Virus record (IMG/VR): IMGVR_UViG_3300036951_000320
Coordinates: 8,446 to 72,445 of that record
Reading direction: 5' to 3' (one strand)
DNA from: a virus
Taxonomy: Duplodnaviria; Caudoviricetes
Length of the DNA stretch: 64,000 bases
This document shows, one piece after another, positions 46,076 through 56,283 of the stretch. Position numbers and translations under genes: made by a program. Positions within the stretch are counted from its first letter, which is position 1, and each line of letters opens with the position of its first letter. The notes under the pieces were generated by a model. It had not been told where the DNA came from and did no database searches. It saw nothing but the letters and a program-made list of their open reading frames with translations.

Positions 46076-47151
46076 GGCATGACATGGTTTTTCGAAGACG
46101 CGTGCGTGGGGATTTCGATCATCGGACAATGGCTGAGGCGTTCTCTTTCCCGGGCATCGACCCCCGAGAATGGATCTCGTATGGGATAGTGGAAGGGCAA
46201 ACGCAGGATGACGAAGATCCTGAAGTGACCTTCGATGAAGAATATGGTCCGCTTGTGAAGGTGGTACTCCAACCGTCGAAGAGGCGCGTATTGTGTCGGG
46301 TCGGCGCGTTCATCGCCGGTAACGGCGAAGGCGACTATCATCCGTTCGTGAAGGGGGATGAAGTGTTAGTCGCGATCCCGGATGGTCACGAGCAAAGCGA
46401 TTGCGTGATCATCTGTCGGATGAACAATGCGATCGACAAGTTCCCGATGAACAGCGTTGCAGGGCAAGATCCGACAACGAACACGTTCGGGTTTCGCCGC
46501 GCTCGAACCCCGATGATTCAGGAATATGCCGGCCCCTTCACGCTTCGAAGCGCACTCACGGGAGCATTGCTTGCATTCGACAACGCGGGCGTATTGACGA
46601 TCCGAGGTGGCGACGAAGGCGATGGATCGGCGGGAGCATTGCAGCTATCCCCCGACGTGATCGGATTTCAATCGGCGGACGCGTCGATGTTGCTTCAATT
46701 GGATTTGACGGGGGAACACTTCATCGCGCAAGTCAAAGATGCGATCCTTTCGATTTCTTCAAGCACGGCAAACCCCGAGCAATCCATGCTGAACGTGCCG
46801 GGTTCGTTCGCATTGATAACAGGCACGAACACGGCGGCGGAACACGCGACAAGCACGGAAGCAACCGCGAACATGGTCGCAAATATGATAATGGCACTCG
46901 GGGCGGCGATAGCGTTAGCGAACCCCGGCCCTATCACGGGGGCAACGCTTGCCGCACAAATGGCGTTGCCTATTGCGGGGGCGGCATACGCAACCGGAAT
47001 CATGGCGGCGGCGGCAACCCCGATCGATGCAACAATCGGGGCGGCGCTATTTGCAGCATTCCAGGCGCAAGGTGCGGTTCAAAAACCACCGGCGGGTCCG
47101 ATGGGGCAAGTTATGCCGGGTATCGGTTGTGCTTCGTTGCTTGTCGGGTGA
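46072..47151 (+). CDS. Baseplate central spike (gpV-like) with an Ala-rich hydrophobic C-terminus
   Basis: OB-fold-like CRV...AGNGEGDYHPFVKGDEVLVAIPDG. Confidence 0.8.
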   Translation: MRHDMVFRRRVRGDFDHRTMAEAFSFPGIDPREWISYGIVEGQTQDDEDPEVTFDEEYGPLVKVVLQPSKRRVLCRVGAFIAGNGEGDYHPFVKGDEVLVAIPDGHEQSDCVIICRMNNAIDKFPMNSVAGQDPTTNTFGFRRARTPMIQEYAGPFTLRSALTGALLAFDNAGVLTIRGGDEGDGSAGALQLSPDVIGFQSADASMLLQLDLTGEHFIAQVKDAILSISSSTANPEQSMLNVPGSFALITGTNTAAEHATSTEATANMVANMIMALGAAIALANPGPITGATLAAQMALPIAGAAYATGIMAAAATPIDATIGAALFAAFQAQGAVQKPPAGPMGQVMPGIGCASLLVG

Positions 47152-47163
47152 TAGGCTTGCCTC

Positions 47164-47457
47164 ATGGGAACCCCTCCCCCTCCCGATGCGCCTCCCCCGG
47201 CGGAACAAGCGATGGTCGATGCGTCGTTTTCGTTCGAGCCATCACCGGCGGGGGCGTCGCTTTGCGGCTTCAAATTTCCAGGTTTCCAATTCAATTTGGC
47301 ACTTCGGATCCCGAGGTTTCCTCCGTTCCCCTTCCCCCCGACGTTCAACTTCATGATCGGGCTCAATTGCGACTTGTCTAATCCGATCGACGCGGAATTT
47401 TCCTTCGGCGGGGGGCGCGTGGGAACGAGTGATCCGGATCCGGATGATGAATTATGA
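47164..47457 (+). CDS. Small Pro/Phe-rich protein after the spike
   Basis: 97 aa; TG-A-TAGGCT-N6-ATG upstream. Confidence 0.6.
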   Translation: MGTPPPPDAPPPAEQAMVDASFSFEPSPAGASLCGFKFPGFQFNLALRIPRFPPFPFPPTFNFMIGLNCDLSNPIDAEFSFGGGRVGTSDPDPDDEL

Positions 47458-47593
47458 ATGTGCCCGTATTGCCCCAAAACCGCCCCTAAAAGGCATCGTC
47501 CCCTAAGTCACGGGGCGAAGGGGGTCGGTGGATATTTATAGCGCTCATACGTCAACGTGACGCGAACGGTGGCAACGCGGTAGACTTCCGAGC

Positions 47594-48376
47594 ATGGCGG
47601 TTCAAATTCAAATCGATCAAGCCATGTTGCCTCCCGGGCTTCCGGGGGTTGCGCGTGAAGATTTGACCCTTGGTATGCCGGCGATACTTACGGCGGTAGG
47701 CGGAGCCTACGCTGCGTATTTATGGCGGATCATTCACGTTCCGATTGACATTGTGGCGGGGGTGAAAGCTTCATCGGTACTTGCTACTCCGACAGCATCG
47801 GCAAGCCTGCTTTCACCTTTGGACGTTGCGGGGACCTACCATGTTGAAGTGTCGGTTGATTCGGGGTCGGGGCTTGGGGCTCTCCCGGAAGACATAGCGC
47901 GGATCACGTTTTATGCAGGGCCGGCGCTTTCGGTTGATCCCGGAGCACTCCCCCGTCGCACACCGGCTTTCGATGAAACAATGGAGCACAACGTCCCCGA
48001 TGCGATCGAACCGCTTGGAAACACCGAGGGGTGGTCGCGTGAATGGTATCGGTGGTTTGAGGTGATCAAGCGAGCGGCGGCGGGATCCTCGGGGTTATGG
48101 GGACGCGTCAATCTTCCGGTGGGGGGACCGGCGACACTCGTTGACGGGATCAATGTGTCGGGTGTGAATCGGATTACGATGGGGGTTGTAGACATAACCT
48201 TTGCAACACCATTGCCAAATGCGAATTATGCCGTGATAACGGTAGCGCGCGGAACCCCCGGCGGATCGTGCGTTGCGTACAACGAAACGGTGAACGGGTT
48301 TCGGATCGAACGTGCGGACTTTGCCGGTGGGCTTGTTGACGCGGATTTCGCATTTGACGTGCGGGTGAGGGTGTAA
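47594..48376 (+). CDS. Tail fibre/baseplate-associated protein
   Basis: C-terminal GVNRITMGVVDITFATPLPNANYAV...GFRI fibre-type domain. Confidence 0.65.
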   Translation: MAVQIQIDQAMLPPGLPGVAREDLTLGMPAILTAVGGAYAAYLWRIIHVPIDIVAGVKASSVLATPTASASLLSPLDVAGTYHVEVSVDSGSGLGALPEDIARITFYAGPALSVDPGALPRRTPAFDETMEHNVPDAIEPLGNTEGWSREWYRWFEVIKRAAAGSSGLWGRVNLPVGGPATLVDGINVSGVNRITMGVVDITFATPLPNANYAVITVARGTPGGSCVAYNETVNGFRIERADFAGGLVDADFAFDVRVRV

Positions 48377-48377
48377 A

Positions 48378-49262
48378 ATGGCGTGGGGTTCCGGACCGTG
48401 GGGTGTTACTCCGTGGGGATCGGGTGGTCGTTCGAGAATTCGATTGATCGGTGCTCTCGCAATCCGTGAAAACGTAGTTCGAATTACGTTCAACCAACCC
48501 GTGAAATTTACGGAGATTCTTGACCCCGGCGATGCATCGGAAATCGAACGCTACACAATCACACCGATTGCAGGAACGAAGGGGCTCGATGGTGTAAGCG
48601 TGCGAAGCGTGTTTCCGGCAGAGGTTGCACGAGCGCGGATCGATGGGGCCGGCGGAAAGATACTTGACGTAACAACCGATCGGCCTTTCTCACCCTATCC
48701 GGTGCGATATCGAATTGCAGTCAACGGTATTCTTTCGTGGTCGGGTGGGTTGCTCGATCCAATGTTCGCGTCGCGTGTGTTCGACGGCCTTCATGCTGGA
48801 TTTCCTCCGAAGCGTGTGGACCTTGCGCATCGTTCACGTGATATTGCGAACCCGCAAAATTTGGCGGCGATGCTCGATCCTCTTCCATCGATTGACCCGT
48901 TGATCCTCGGGACAATTCCGGTGGATTCACAAGGTGACTACGCGTTCGATGAAGGGATCGATTCCTATCGGAAACGTGTGTTCCGACGGCTTTTGACACG
49001 CAAAGGACAATTTGCATGGATCCCAACGTATGGTGTCGGGGTGCCGGAACAGATCAAACGATTAGCTCGTGTGGGAACGCGTGAGGCAATTGCAGCGGAT
49101 GCGGAGGCACAAATTCGCGAAGAGCCCGAAACGCTCGAAGTGCGGTGTTCCTTCGAGCAATCCGAAGACACCCCGGGGGTGTGGTTTCTTCGTGTGTGGG
49201 CGCGCACGAAAAGCAATGAAACAATAAATGTGGCGGTGCCGTTTTCGCCTACGGGAGTGTGA
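48378..49262 (+). CDS. Ig-like domain fused to a gp25/gpW-like baseplate wedge domain
   Basis: VRITFNQPV...YTI (Ig-like); RKRVFRRLLTRKG...PTYGVG...AQIREEP (gp25-like). Confidence 0.7.
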   Translation: MAWGSGPWGVTPWGSGGRSRIRLIGALAIRENVVRITFNQPVKFTEILDPGDASEIERYTITPIAGTKGLDGVSVRSVFPAEVARARIDGAGGKILDVTTDRPFSPYPVRYRIAVNGILSWSGGLLDPMFASRVFDGLHAGFPPKRVDLAHRSRDIANPQNLAAMLDPLPSIDPLILGTIPVDSQGDYAFDEGIDSYRKRVFRRLLTRKGQFAWIPTYGVGVPEQIKRLARVGTREAIAADAEAQIREEPETLEVRCSFEQSEDTPGVWFLRVWARTKSNETINVAVPFSPTGV

Positions 49263-49265
49263 ATA

Positions 49266-50372
49266 ATGGCGGAGTTATTGACAAGGCTTGACCTATTCGA
49301 AATCGGGCGTCGTTACGTGATGACACGAGCAAAGCGAATCGACCCCGAACAGGTGAACGTAGAAGGCTCCGACGCAAACATATTCGTTGGATCCATGTCA
49401 TTCGTGGGGCAAGCTATCTCACGACAGAACGGCGATCGGATCCGCGCGCTATTACTCGATGGGGCAATATCTGAAGACTTGGATAGATACGCTCTTGATC
49501 GGTATTCAATGACACGAAAGGGCGCGGCGGCTGCACTCGGTGAGGTTCGTTTCTATCGAACGGCGGGTGGTGTTGCGGGGACGGTGCCGATCGGAACGAA
49601 GCTTGTTTCGCTTTCGGGGATTGAATACGTAACTTTGACAGCGGCAACGTTTGCAGCGGCGGACTTAGAAAAGAAAGCGAACGTGCGTGCGGTGCAAGCT
49701 GGCAAAGAATATCAAGTAGGGGCGAACCAAATTCGCAAGATAGACAAGCCTTCAATCTTGTTCGATCCGAAGCTTCAAGTGAACAACGATGAAAAGACGG
49801 CGGGAGGGGAACCACGCGAACCTGACACCGAATTTCGTGAGCGCATTCGAAAGTTTTGGACAACCGCACGAAGGGGAACGAAATCGGCGATCGAATTTGG
49901 AGCACAAGCCGTTGACGGAGTGTCAACGGCACGAGCGGTGGAAGTCATCACGGGAGGCGGACAACCTGCACGCGTGGTTCAACTATACATTGCAGATTCA
50001 TCGGGGGTAGCGTCGGCTTCTCTCGGAACGAAGGTTCGCGCAAATTTGGAAGACTACCGCGCGTGTGGGATTGCGGTTGTGACGGCTTTGTCCATTCCAC
50101 AAATCGTTGACGTTCTTTTGAAACTAACCTTTGCGGCGGGTGTTGACACAAGCACTTTGACGGAGGCTATACGGGCGGCGGTGGTCGAATTCATAAATTC
50201 TATTGCTGTAAACGGCACCCTATATCGTGCAGATTTGTATTCGATCCTTCGGAGATACGTTCTCGATGGGTTGATCGTGGATGACACGTCGGTAGTTGTA
50301 CCAACGGGTGATCTTGTTCCGGTTGCGGGGCGAACGCTTCGAACAACGATTGACAACGTGAAGGTGACGTGA
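49266..50372 (+). CDS. Baseplate J-like protein
   Basis: LDRYALDRY.MTRKGA..ALG.V.F; GGEPREPDTEFRERI; RGTKSAIE; DYRACGI. Confidence 0.9.
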   Translation: MAELLTRLDLFEIGRRYVMTRAKRIDPEQVNVEGSDANIFVGSMSFVGQAISRQNGDRIRALLLDGAISEDLDRYALDRYSMTRKGAAAALGEVRFYRTAGGVAGTVPIGTKLVSLSGIEYVTLTAATFAAADLEKKANVRAVQAGKEYQVGANQIRKIDKPSILFDPKLQVNNDEKTAGGEPREPDTEFRERIRKFWTTARRGTKSAIEFGAQAVDGVSTARAVEVITGGGQPARVVQLYIADSSGVASASLGTKVRANLEDYRACGIAVVTALSIPQIVDVLLKLTFAAGVDTSTLTEAIRAAVVEFINSIAVNGTLYRADLYSILRRYVLDGLIVDDTSVVVPTGDLVPVAGRTLRTTIDNVKVT

Positions 50373-51970
50373 TGGCGCGCAAGACGGGGCCCTTGACCTT
50401 TGATGACTTGTTCGCGCTTTGGCGTGCGGGTGTTGATCCAGGCTACGCACGGCCCTTCGTGGAAGGCAAAGCAGAGGGGCGCGAAACGGGGATAGAAGCT
50501 TTTGAACAAGGCATTGTTCAGCTTGCGCGTGTGTCGGAAGCGATCGATCGCACAACGCAAGCGATGTTTATTGTTCCGTGGTCGGGGCAGACGGACGAAC
50601 CGGCGCGCGGCGCCAGCAACGCGCGGGTGACGCTTCGGATCGAGCGAAGCAAGCGCTTCGAAAGCGCGCTTACGTTCGTGCGCGGGAAGGTGATCGTCAC
50701 CGAAATCATGACGGACTATGGCAAGGACGGCGGTCAAGAGGTTCGCTCGGGGCGGCGGTTCATCATTGATCGAACGCTCACGTTCGGCCCCGGCGAAGCC
50801 GGCCCCCTGTATGTCGAAGCGGTGGCGGAGCAACCCGGCTTCACGTTCAACTTGTCGCCGATCGGTTCGCTTCGTTCGATCGTGCAACCCGGAAGCACGC
50901 TTGCGAACATGAAGGCGACGATCGTTCCGGGCGTTGCATCGCACCGCTTGATCGCGTGGCCCGAACCCGACGTGCCGATCCCCGAGCACGTCGGGCAATA
51001 CGTCGAAGTCGTCACGGGCGCGAACGCTGGCGACGTGCGGCGCGTGATCGAATATGAGCGCCCGAGCACGGTGTTTCCTCACGGCGGCGTCATGGTGCTT
51101 GCGTCTACGGGTATCTACCGCGTGACGGGTGTCGTGGACCCCTTCTCCGAAGGCGAAGAGGTGGTGAACGGCACCGGCGGGCGCGCGGTGTTCTTCCGGC
51201 TCGCGGGCGATCGCATGGTGATCGAAATGCTAGCGGGCGCCTTCGTGGTGGGCGACACGTTGACGGGGATCCTTACGGGTGCAAGCGCGACGCTGGACGC
51301 GATTGAACAATCCCCGGATATGATCGCGGAGGTGGGGGCGTGCGCGTGGCGAATGCTGTCGTGGTCTTCCGATTTAGGAGTAACGATCACGAACGAAGAA
51401 TTTCCGATAGGTGGTGTTGCTCCGATGCTCGATGAATTAGGGGAAGAGCGGGGGCTTCCACGATCGGCGGGAGAAGATGATTCGAGTTATCGAAAGCGAA
51501 TTTCAAAGCTTGCGGATGTGGTGAGCCCTAACGCGATCCGTCGGATATGCAACCGGATCCTCGTGCCCTATGGCTCGACGGTGTGCTTGCGGGAGATCGG
51601 GCAAGCTCCCTTCCGTGGCTTCTTCTTCGACGGTGACGCTTCGTCCGTCGACCCCCGATTTGCGTGGGCGTGGGATCTCGACGCGGTGGCGCAACCGGCG
51701 GATCGATGGAAGGTGATCGTTGACTACCTCGAAATGCGGGCGTTCTTCCTTGTGGGGATTCCTAAATTCGGATTTGGTGAATTTGGGTTCGCGTATGATG
51801 AAGGGACAACGAACGCTTTCGATGCTTCACCATGGTTTGCGTTCTTCGATGGGTTATCAGTATCGGCTGCAATTCTGTATCGAACGATTTGGAATGCGAT
51901 TGAAAATGCAAAGGCGGGTGGTGTTGGATTTGATCTGTATTTCGAGCATCACGGATGCATAGGAGCATGA
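50369..51970 (+). CDS. Baseplate wedge (gpI-like) protein with insertions
   Basis: LDELGEERGLPRSAGEDDSSYRKRI...SPNAIRRI...ENAKAGGVGF. Confidence 0.7.
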   Translation: MMARKTGPLTFDDLFALWRAGVDPGYARPFVEGKAEGRETGIEAFEQGIVQLARVSEAIDRTTQAMFIVPWSGQTDEPARGASNARVTLRIERSKRFESALTFVRGKVIVTEIMTDYGKDGGQEVRSGRRFIIDRTLTFGPGEAGPLYVEAVAEQPGFTFNLSPIGSLRSIVQPGSTLANMKATIVPGVASHRLIAWPEPDVPIPEHVGQYVEVVTGANAGDVRRVIEYERPSTVFPHGGVMVLASTGIYRVTGVVDPFSEGEEVVNGTGGRAVFFRLAGDRMVIEMLAGAFVVGDTLTGILTGASATLDAIEQSPDMIAEVGACAWRMLSWSSDLGVTITNEEFPIGGVAPMLDELGEERGLPRSAGEDDSSYRKRISKLADVVSPNAIRRICNRILVPYGSTVCLREIGQAPFRGFFFDGDASSVDPRFAWAWDLDAVAQPADRWKVIVDYLEMRAFFLVGIPKFGFGEFGFAYDEGTTNAFDASPWFAFFDGLSVSAAILYRTIWNAIENAKAGGVGFDLYFEHHGCIGA

Positions 51971-51989
51971 CGGAAACACGTGTTTCCGT
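51970..51989. promoter_or_regulatory. 20-bp perfect palindrome (copy 6), before the fibre gene
   Basis: Exact match. Confidence 0.8.
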
Positions 51990-52035
51990 GAACGAACAAC
52001 CGCGCGAAAGCGCTTTCTGATAGGATGAAACTAAT

Positions 52036-53655
52036 ATGAGCAGCGGCCACAAGCGAATGCAGATCAACACGCGGGAGCGTGCGATTTCAACGGACGTGAA
52101 CAGGCTTCAATCGTTCATTGCTGCACAACGGGCGGAGCATCTTCGGCGCACGTTCGATGATCTCTATTTGCTGGACGTGTCGAACGGGTTCGCGACGGAA
52201 GCGCTTGCGGGCGCTGCGCCGGTAACGGGCGACGTGTTTGGCGGGCTCATGGTGCAACCCGTCATCGGGTCGAACGCATTGACGATCACGAAGGGGATCG
52301 CGGCGTTCTTCGCTCCCGATATGGTGCCCGATCCCGATGACGGGGCGGGCTACAAGGTGGTGGAAAGCGACGGCGTGACGGCGATCGGAACACTCACGAT
52401 CGCGGCGAACGGCGGCGGCGGACCCCGGATCGACGTGATCGAATGCTCCCCCTTCGAGAGCGTCGAAGAGCAAGATAACCGCGACATTTTCGATCCGGCG
52501 ACGGGGCTCTTCTCTCCGGTGCTCGTTGACAAGGTGGTGATAGGACGGCTCGCATTCCGAGTGCGACAAGGGGCACCCGGCGCGGGCTATCCGGGAGCGG
52601 TTGCGGGATGGATGCCGCTTGCAATTGCAAGCGTTCCGGGTGGTGGTGGCTTGACAACGGATGACGTGACATTTTGGGATGTGCGACCCCTCGTTCATGA
52701 TCGAGCCTATCAGCCGCATCGTGCGGGTTGCTTCGTATCGAAACACGAATCCCATGCTCTCGTTGCGGATGAATTTTTTACTCCCGGTTCGTTGCTTGTG
52801 TTCGGTTCGTGTGAAGGCACCGTGGGGACATTCAAGGCGGGGGGAACGCTTTTCAAGGGAACACCTACGGCGTCGATGGGAACGGGTGATGATGCGTTCA
52901 TCGACATTTTGAATCCCGAGAATCAAGATACGGGGTGGGCACCGGCGCCGAATCTGCTATGGTACATTTGGAGTTTATTTCCGTTTGATCTTCCCCGTTG
53001 GGTTCGATACACGGAGAACAACTTCAGCGGCTTGGGGCGGGTGCCGGGTTCGATGCGGGGGATTTGCGTTGCCTCCATGGTGGGCCCCGGCGGCTTCGCC
53101 GGACAACCGGCGCTTCCGATCGGGCTTCCGACTTCAACCGGACTCGGGGGCTCGACGGCGGTTGCGTGGATGGTCGCGGCGGGGCATTGCGACGTTGCGA
53201 CGGGTGTTCCCCACGGCTTCGTCGCCGATGGAAACTACTTCAAGCTCACGGACGGCGTGACGTGGGGCCCGGCGACGAGCGCGGTCAATCAAGACACCTA
53301 CCTTTTCATCGACAACTTAGCGCATCCGGCGAACGCGCGAAGCTTGCTTGTCGAATTTCGATCTCAATTCCAAGGGGTAGCGAACACGGCGGGGTATTAC
53401 GATCGGCGTGTGGCGGTGGGGGATGCGTTGAACGTAAACGAGCTTTCGATTGTTCATTACGAAGAACTATCGGGGATCATTCCAACGTCGGGGTTCTTCA
53501 ATGATCGGTTCGTGTGCGAGATTCCCCTTCGCACGATTTATCCAACGCTCGGTGTAACAAACCGAGGTTTCACGGTGCAATATAACCCGAGCGCTGGTTT
53601 CTTGACGTGGCGCGTTGCGGCACAAGCACGGATTGTCGGGTGGCGTATTGGATAA
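52036..53655 (+). CDS. Tail fibre/baseplate-attachment protein
   Basis: 539 aa; ALTITKG...PRIDVIEC...MPLAIASV fibre N-terminal pattern. Confidence 0.65.
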   Translation: MSSGHKRMQINTRERAISTDVNRLQSFIAAQRAEHLRRTFDDLYLLDVSNGFATEALAGAAPVTGDVFGGLMVQPVIGSNALTITKGIAAFFAPDMVPDPDDGAGYKVVESDGVTAIGTLTIAANGGGGPRIDVIECSPFESVEEQDNRDIFDPATGLFSPVLVDKVVIGRLAFRVRQGAPGAGYPGAVAGWMPLAIASVPGGGGLTTDDVTFWDVRPLVHDRAYQPHRAGCFVSKHESHALVADEFFTPGSLLVFGSCEGTVGTFKAGGTLFKGTPTASMGTGDDAFIDILNPENQDTGWAPAPNLLWYIWSLFPFDLPRWVRYTENNFSGLGRVPGSMRGICVASMVGPGGFAGQPALPIGLPTSTGLGGSTAVAWMVAAGHCDVATGVPHGFVADGNYFKLTDGVTWGPATSAVNQDTYLFIDNLAHPANARSLLVEFRSQFQGVANTAGYYDRRVAVGDALNVNELSIVHYEELSGIIPTSGFFNDRFVCEIPLRTIYPTLGVTNRGFTVQYNPSAGFLTWRVAAQARIVGWRIG

Positions 53656-55025
53656 TGAGCATCACACGTAAAATTCGATCAATGGGTAAGCCCCCCGAAC
53701 AAGTAGCGGCTGCGCTTGGGATGCCTCCGGTTCTTTTCGATCGTGTGGACGCGGGGCGTCAGGCACTTCCAATTGACGTTGCGGAAGGGATAGCGCGAGT
53801 GCTCGGGGTGTCGCTTGCGGATATTCTTTCATCGGGGGTTCGTGTTACGGCGATCCGAGGGTCGCTCCCGTTGAAGGTAAATCCGCCACGTCCGGATCTT
53901 GGCGATGCATTCCCCTATGTATCACTTGCAACACCGAAAGATTTCGTTCTCCCCCCTCGTGCTGAATCTCCCCCTCCGGTGTTCATGGATCGTGTTTGGT
54001 TTTCAACGTACATTCCGGAAAACGGAATCAGCCGTGGGTTTATTGGTTGCATTGATTGTTCGACGCGAACGCTCGTTGGTATGCACACCACGGGGGTAGG
54101 ATCGAATGTTACGGCGCTAGCGTGGAATGGTGCGGGTTATGTGTGGGGGGTGGACGGCATATTTTGGGGTGGTGGTAAGGTTTGGCAATCTCTCACGAGC
54201 AATCCGAGTGCGGCTCCGGTGAAGGTAATGGATGGGTTTTTCGGCCCTTCACGGGCGGTTTGCAACGCTGGCGATGCTGGTATGTTCAAGGGCAACCTTC
54301 TATTTGCGGATGAACCGGTTTCCCAAGTGCAAGCGTTCGATGGTGTTACGGGGGCTCCCGGTGTAACGAACAACGATTTCTTCAGTATGGTTCAAGACAT
54401 AATCGAGTTCGATGGGTTGCTTTACGTGCGGGTTGCGGTTTCGCTTGTCGAATTCGATCGCATTGTCGAATTCGACCCGTCCACAATGACTATTCAGCGG
54501 GTGTCCACGGGGTTTGATATGAAGCTCCCGGGGAGGCTTGCGGTGGCGTTCGATCATTCGGTGGGATCGTTCGCGATATTTGGCCCGGTCGGTGTGTCGC
54601 TTGCGTTCGCTCCGGTGTCTTCTTTCGTGCTCGGGTTCAAGCCGATCGATGAAATGGCAAACCCGATTTGGGGTGAGGGGATTTGTGCGGACCCCGAAGG
54701 AAATTTGTGGCTTGGGGTGAATGACGGTGCGATCTATGGCATCGGACGATTCAACCTTTCGTCAAATTCGATCGATATGGTGTTAACTGACTTCGGGGCG
54801 GATGAAGTTATTTATTACACGGGAGGAAACGCGTTCGTTACGGCGATCAATGATGGGGCAGTGTGGGCAATGTTAGTGCTTGAAAACCAAAATACAGAGA
54901 ATAAGCGGGTGGTTGCGGTGCGGATTGACTTAGACACGTTGGCAATCACTGATATTCTAACGTTGCGAAACTTCGTGTCTTCTTCAGAGTTTGTGTCACA
55001 CGCAACGATGGAGGTTATCTCATGA
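53655..55025 (+). CDS. XRE-type HTH fused to a beta-propeller domain
   Basis: EQVAAALGM...AGRQAL...IARVLGVSLADIL (XRE); repeated blades GICADPEGNLWLG, ALAWNGAGYVWGV. Confidence 0.7.
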   Translation: MSITRKIRSMGKPPEQVAAALGMPPVLFDRVDAGRQALPIDVAEGIARVLGVSLADILSSGVRVTAIRGSLPLKVNPPRPDLGDAFPYVSLATPKDFVLPPRAESPPPVFMDRVWFSTYIPENGISRGFIGCIDCSTRTLVGMHTTGVGSNVTALAWNGAGYVWGVDGIFWGGGKVWQSLTSNPSAAPVKVMDGFFGPSRAVCNAGDAGMFKGNLLFADEPVSQVQAFDGVTGAPGVTNNDFFSMVQDIIEFDGLLYVRVAVSLVEFDRIVEFDPSTMTIQRVSTGFDMKLPGRLAVAFDHSVGSFAIFGPVGVSLAFAPVSSFVLGFKPIDEMANPIWGEGICADPEGNLWLGVNDGAIYGIGRFNLSSNSIDMVLTDFGADEVIYYTGGNAFVTAINDGAVWAMLVLENQNTENKRVVAVRIDLDTLAITDILTLRNFVSSSEFVSHATMEVIS

Positions 55026-55402
55026 CCCCGGATGCTGAATCGCGGATCATCCAAGCAATTGCGGAAGCAACATCGCGCACCGAAGGGCGCGTGATGGGGG
55101 CCCTTTCGGAATTGAAGGGACACGTGATCCGCATCGAAGGGCGTGTTGACAAGCTCGAAGGACAATGCGGCTTGCGTCATAAGCAAGTGGACATAGACAT
55201 TGCTGCGCTTCGATCGAAGGTGAAGGAATACGATGAAGATGCAGAAGAAACCGGGCATCACGAAATCGCGTCGCTGAAGGAAGAATTGCGGCGGCGCGAC
55301 GATGAACGACGCAAATGGATCTTTTACTTCGTGACTGCAGCGGTGAGTTTTGCAACCGGCGGCACAGGGATCGCACTGCTTTTGAAGCTTTTAGGGAAGT
55401 AA
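55022..55402 (+). CDS. Coiled-coil protein with a C-terminal TM helix (lysis accessory / holin-like)
   Basis: KWIFYFVTAAVSFATGGTGIALLL. Confidence 0.6.
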   Translation: MTPDAESRIIQAIAEATSRTEGRVMGALSELKGHVIRIEGRVDKLEGQCGLRHKQVDIDIAALRSKVKEYDEDAEETGHHEIASLKEELRRRDDERRKWIFYFVTAAVSFATGGTGIALLLKLLGK

Positions 55403-55674
55403 TGACAATGAAAGATGCGATCGGTAACTTGCTCTCAAGCCGAAAGGCGATCGTGACGATCCTTGTGATCGTCGGTGTGATCGTGCTTGCGGCGCTCGGG
55501 CGTGTGGCGGCGGAACCGGCGATGGAATTCTTGAAGTGGATCGTGATCACGTGGCTCGGGGCACAAGCCTATGAAGACGGCACGGTGAAGTCGGCGGCAA
55601 TCAAGGCGGGCGTGAACACGCGCGCATCGGGCAACGGTGCGGGTGCGATGAAGCCTACAGCGGATGATCCATGA
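55402..55674 (+). CDS. Putative holin
   Basis: About 90 aa with two TM helices (RKAIVTILVIVGVIVLAALG; FLKWIVITWLG). Confidence 0.65.
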   Translation: MTMKDAIGNLLSSRKAIVTILVIVGVIVLAALGRVAAEPAMEFLKWIVITWLGAQAYEDGTVKSAAIKAGVNTRASGNGAGAMKPTADDP

Positions 55675-56120
55675 CAGATCGGATCCTTTTCCCGGACGGG
55701 TGGCTTGTGCATCGCAACGGCGCGACGCTTGGCTACAACACGTCGAAGCTCGGGGATCGATTCCCGTTGAAGACGATCACAATCGGACCCCTAACACACG
55801 TTTATGCGCTTCCTACCCCGTCGGACCTTGGGGCTCCGGATGGGGTGTTAAAAGCATTACTCGTGCGAGCGTTCGCGTTGATCACGGGGCCGGCGTTCGC
55901 GACGACGATCTACAACCGCGCGGCGTGGATTGACCCGGCGCTTCCGGCTCCCGGCGGGGCGGTGCGTTCGAACCTTGGCGGCGCCGGCAAACTTCGGGTT
56001 GAATACGTGTTTGAAGTTGAAATCGGCACGGGAACGGTGCTCACGGTGGGGTGGAATCCTTCCGTTGGAAAAGCGTTAGGCAACGCGGAAGTGTACGGCT
56101 ACCGCACAACGGGACCATAG
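55671..56120 (+). CDS. Hypothetical protein
   Basis: 149 aa; ATGA overlap. Confidence 0.6.
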   Translation: MTDRILFPDGWLVHRNGATLGYNTSKLGDRFPLKTITIGPLTHVYALPTPSDLGAPDGVLKALLVRAFALITGPAFATTIYNRAAWIDPALPAPGGAVRSNLGGAGKLRVEYVFEVEIGTGTVLTVGWNPSVGKALGNAEVYGYRTTGP

Positions 56121-56283
56121 CGGGGCGTGGCGGGCTCGGGGATGCGGGGGGAGGGTTACGGGGCGCGGGAGGGGCCCCGGCGCGTTCTAAGGGCCCTTAC
56201 GTGGTGGCAAAGGGGAAAGGCGGAGGGGGAGGCGGCGCCGGGGGGTGGGGGGCGTTGTACGCCAGCGCTCCCCCTCCGTTCGT

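Noticed and set aside
48969-48987. TCGGAAACGTGTGTTCCGA as another palindrome copy
   Set aside because: Lacks the CACGTG core and the spacing; plausibly chance within coding sequence
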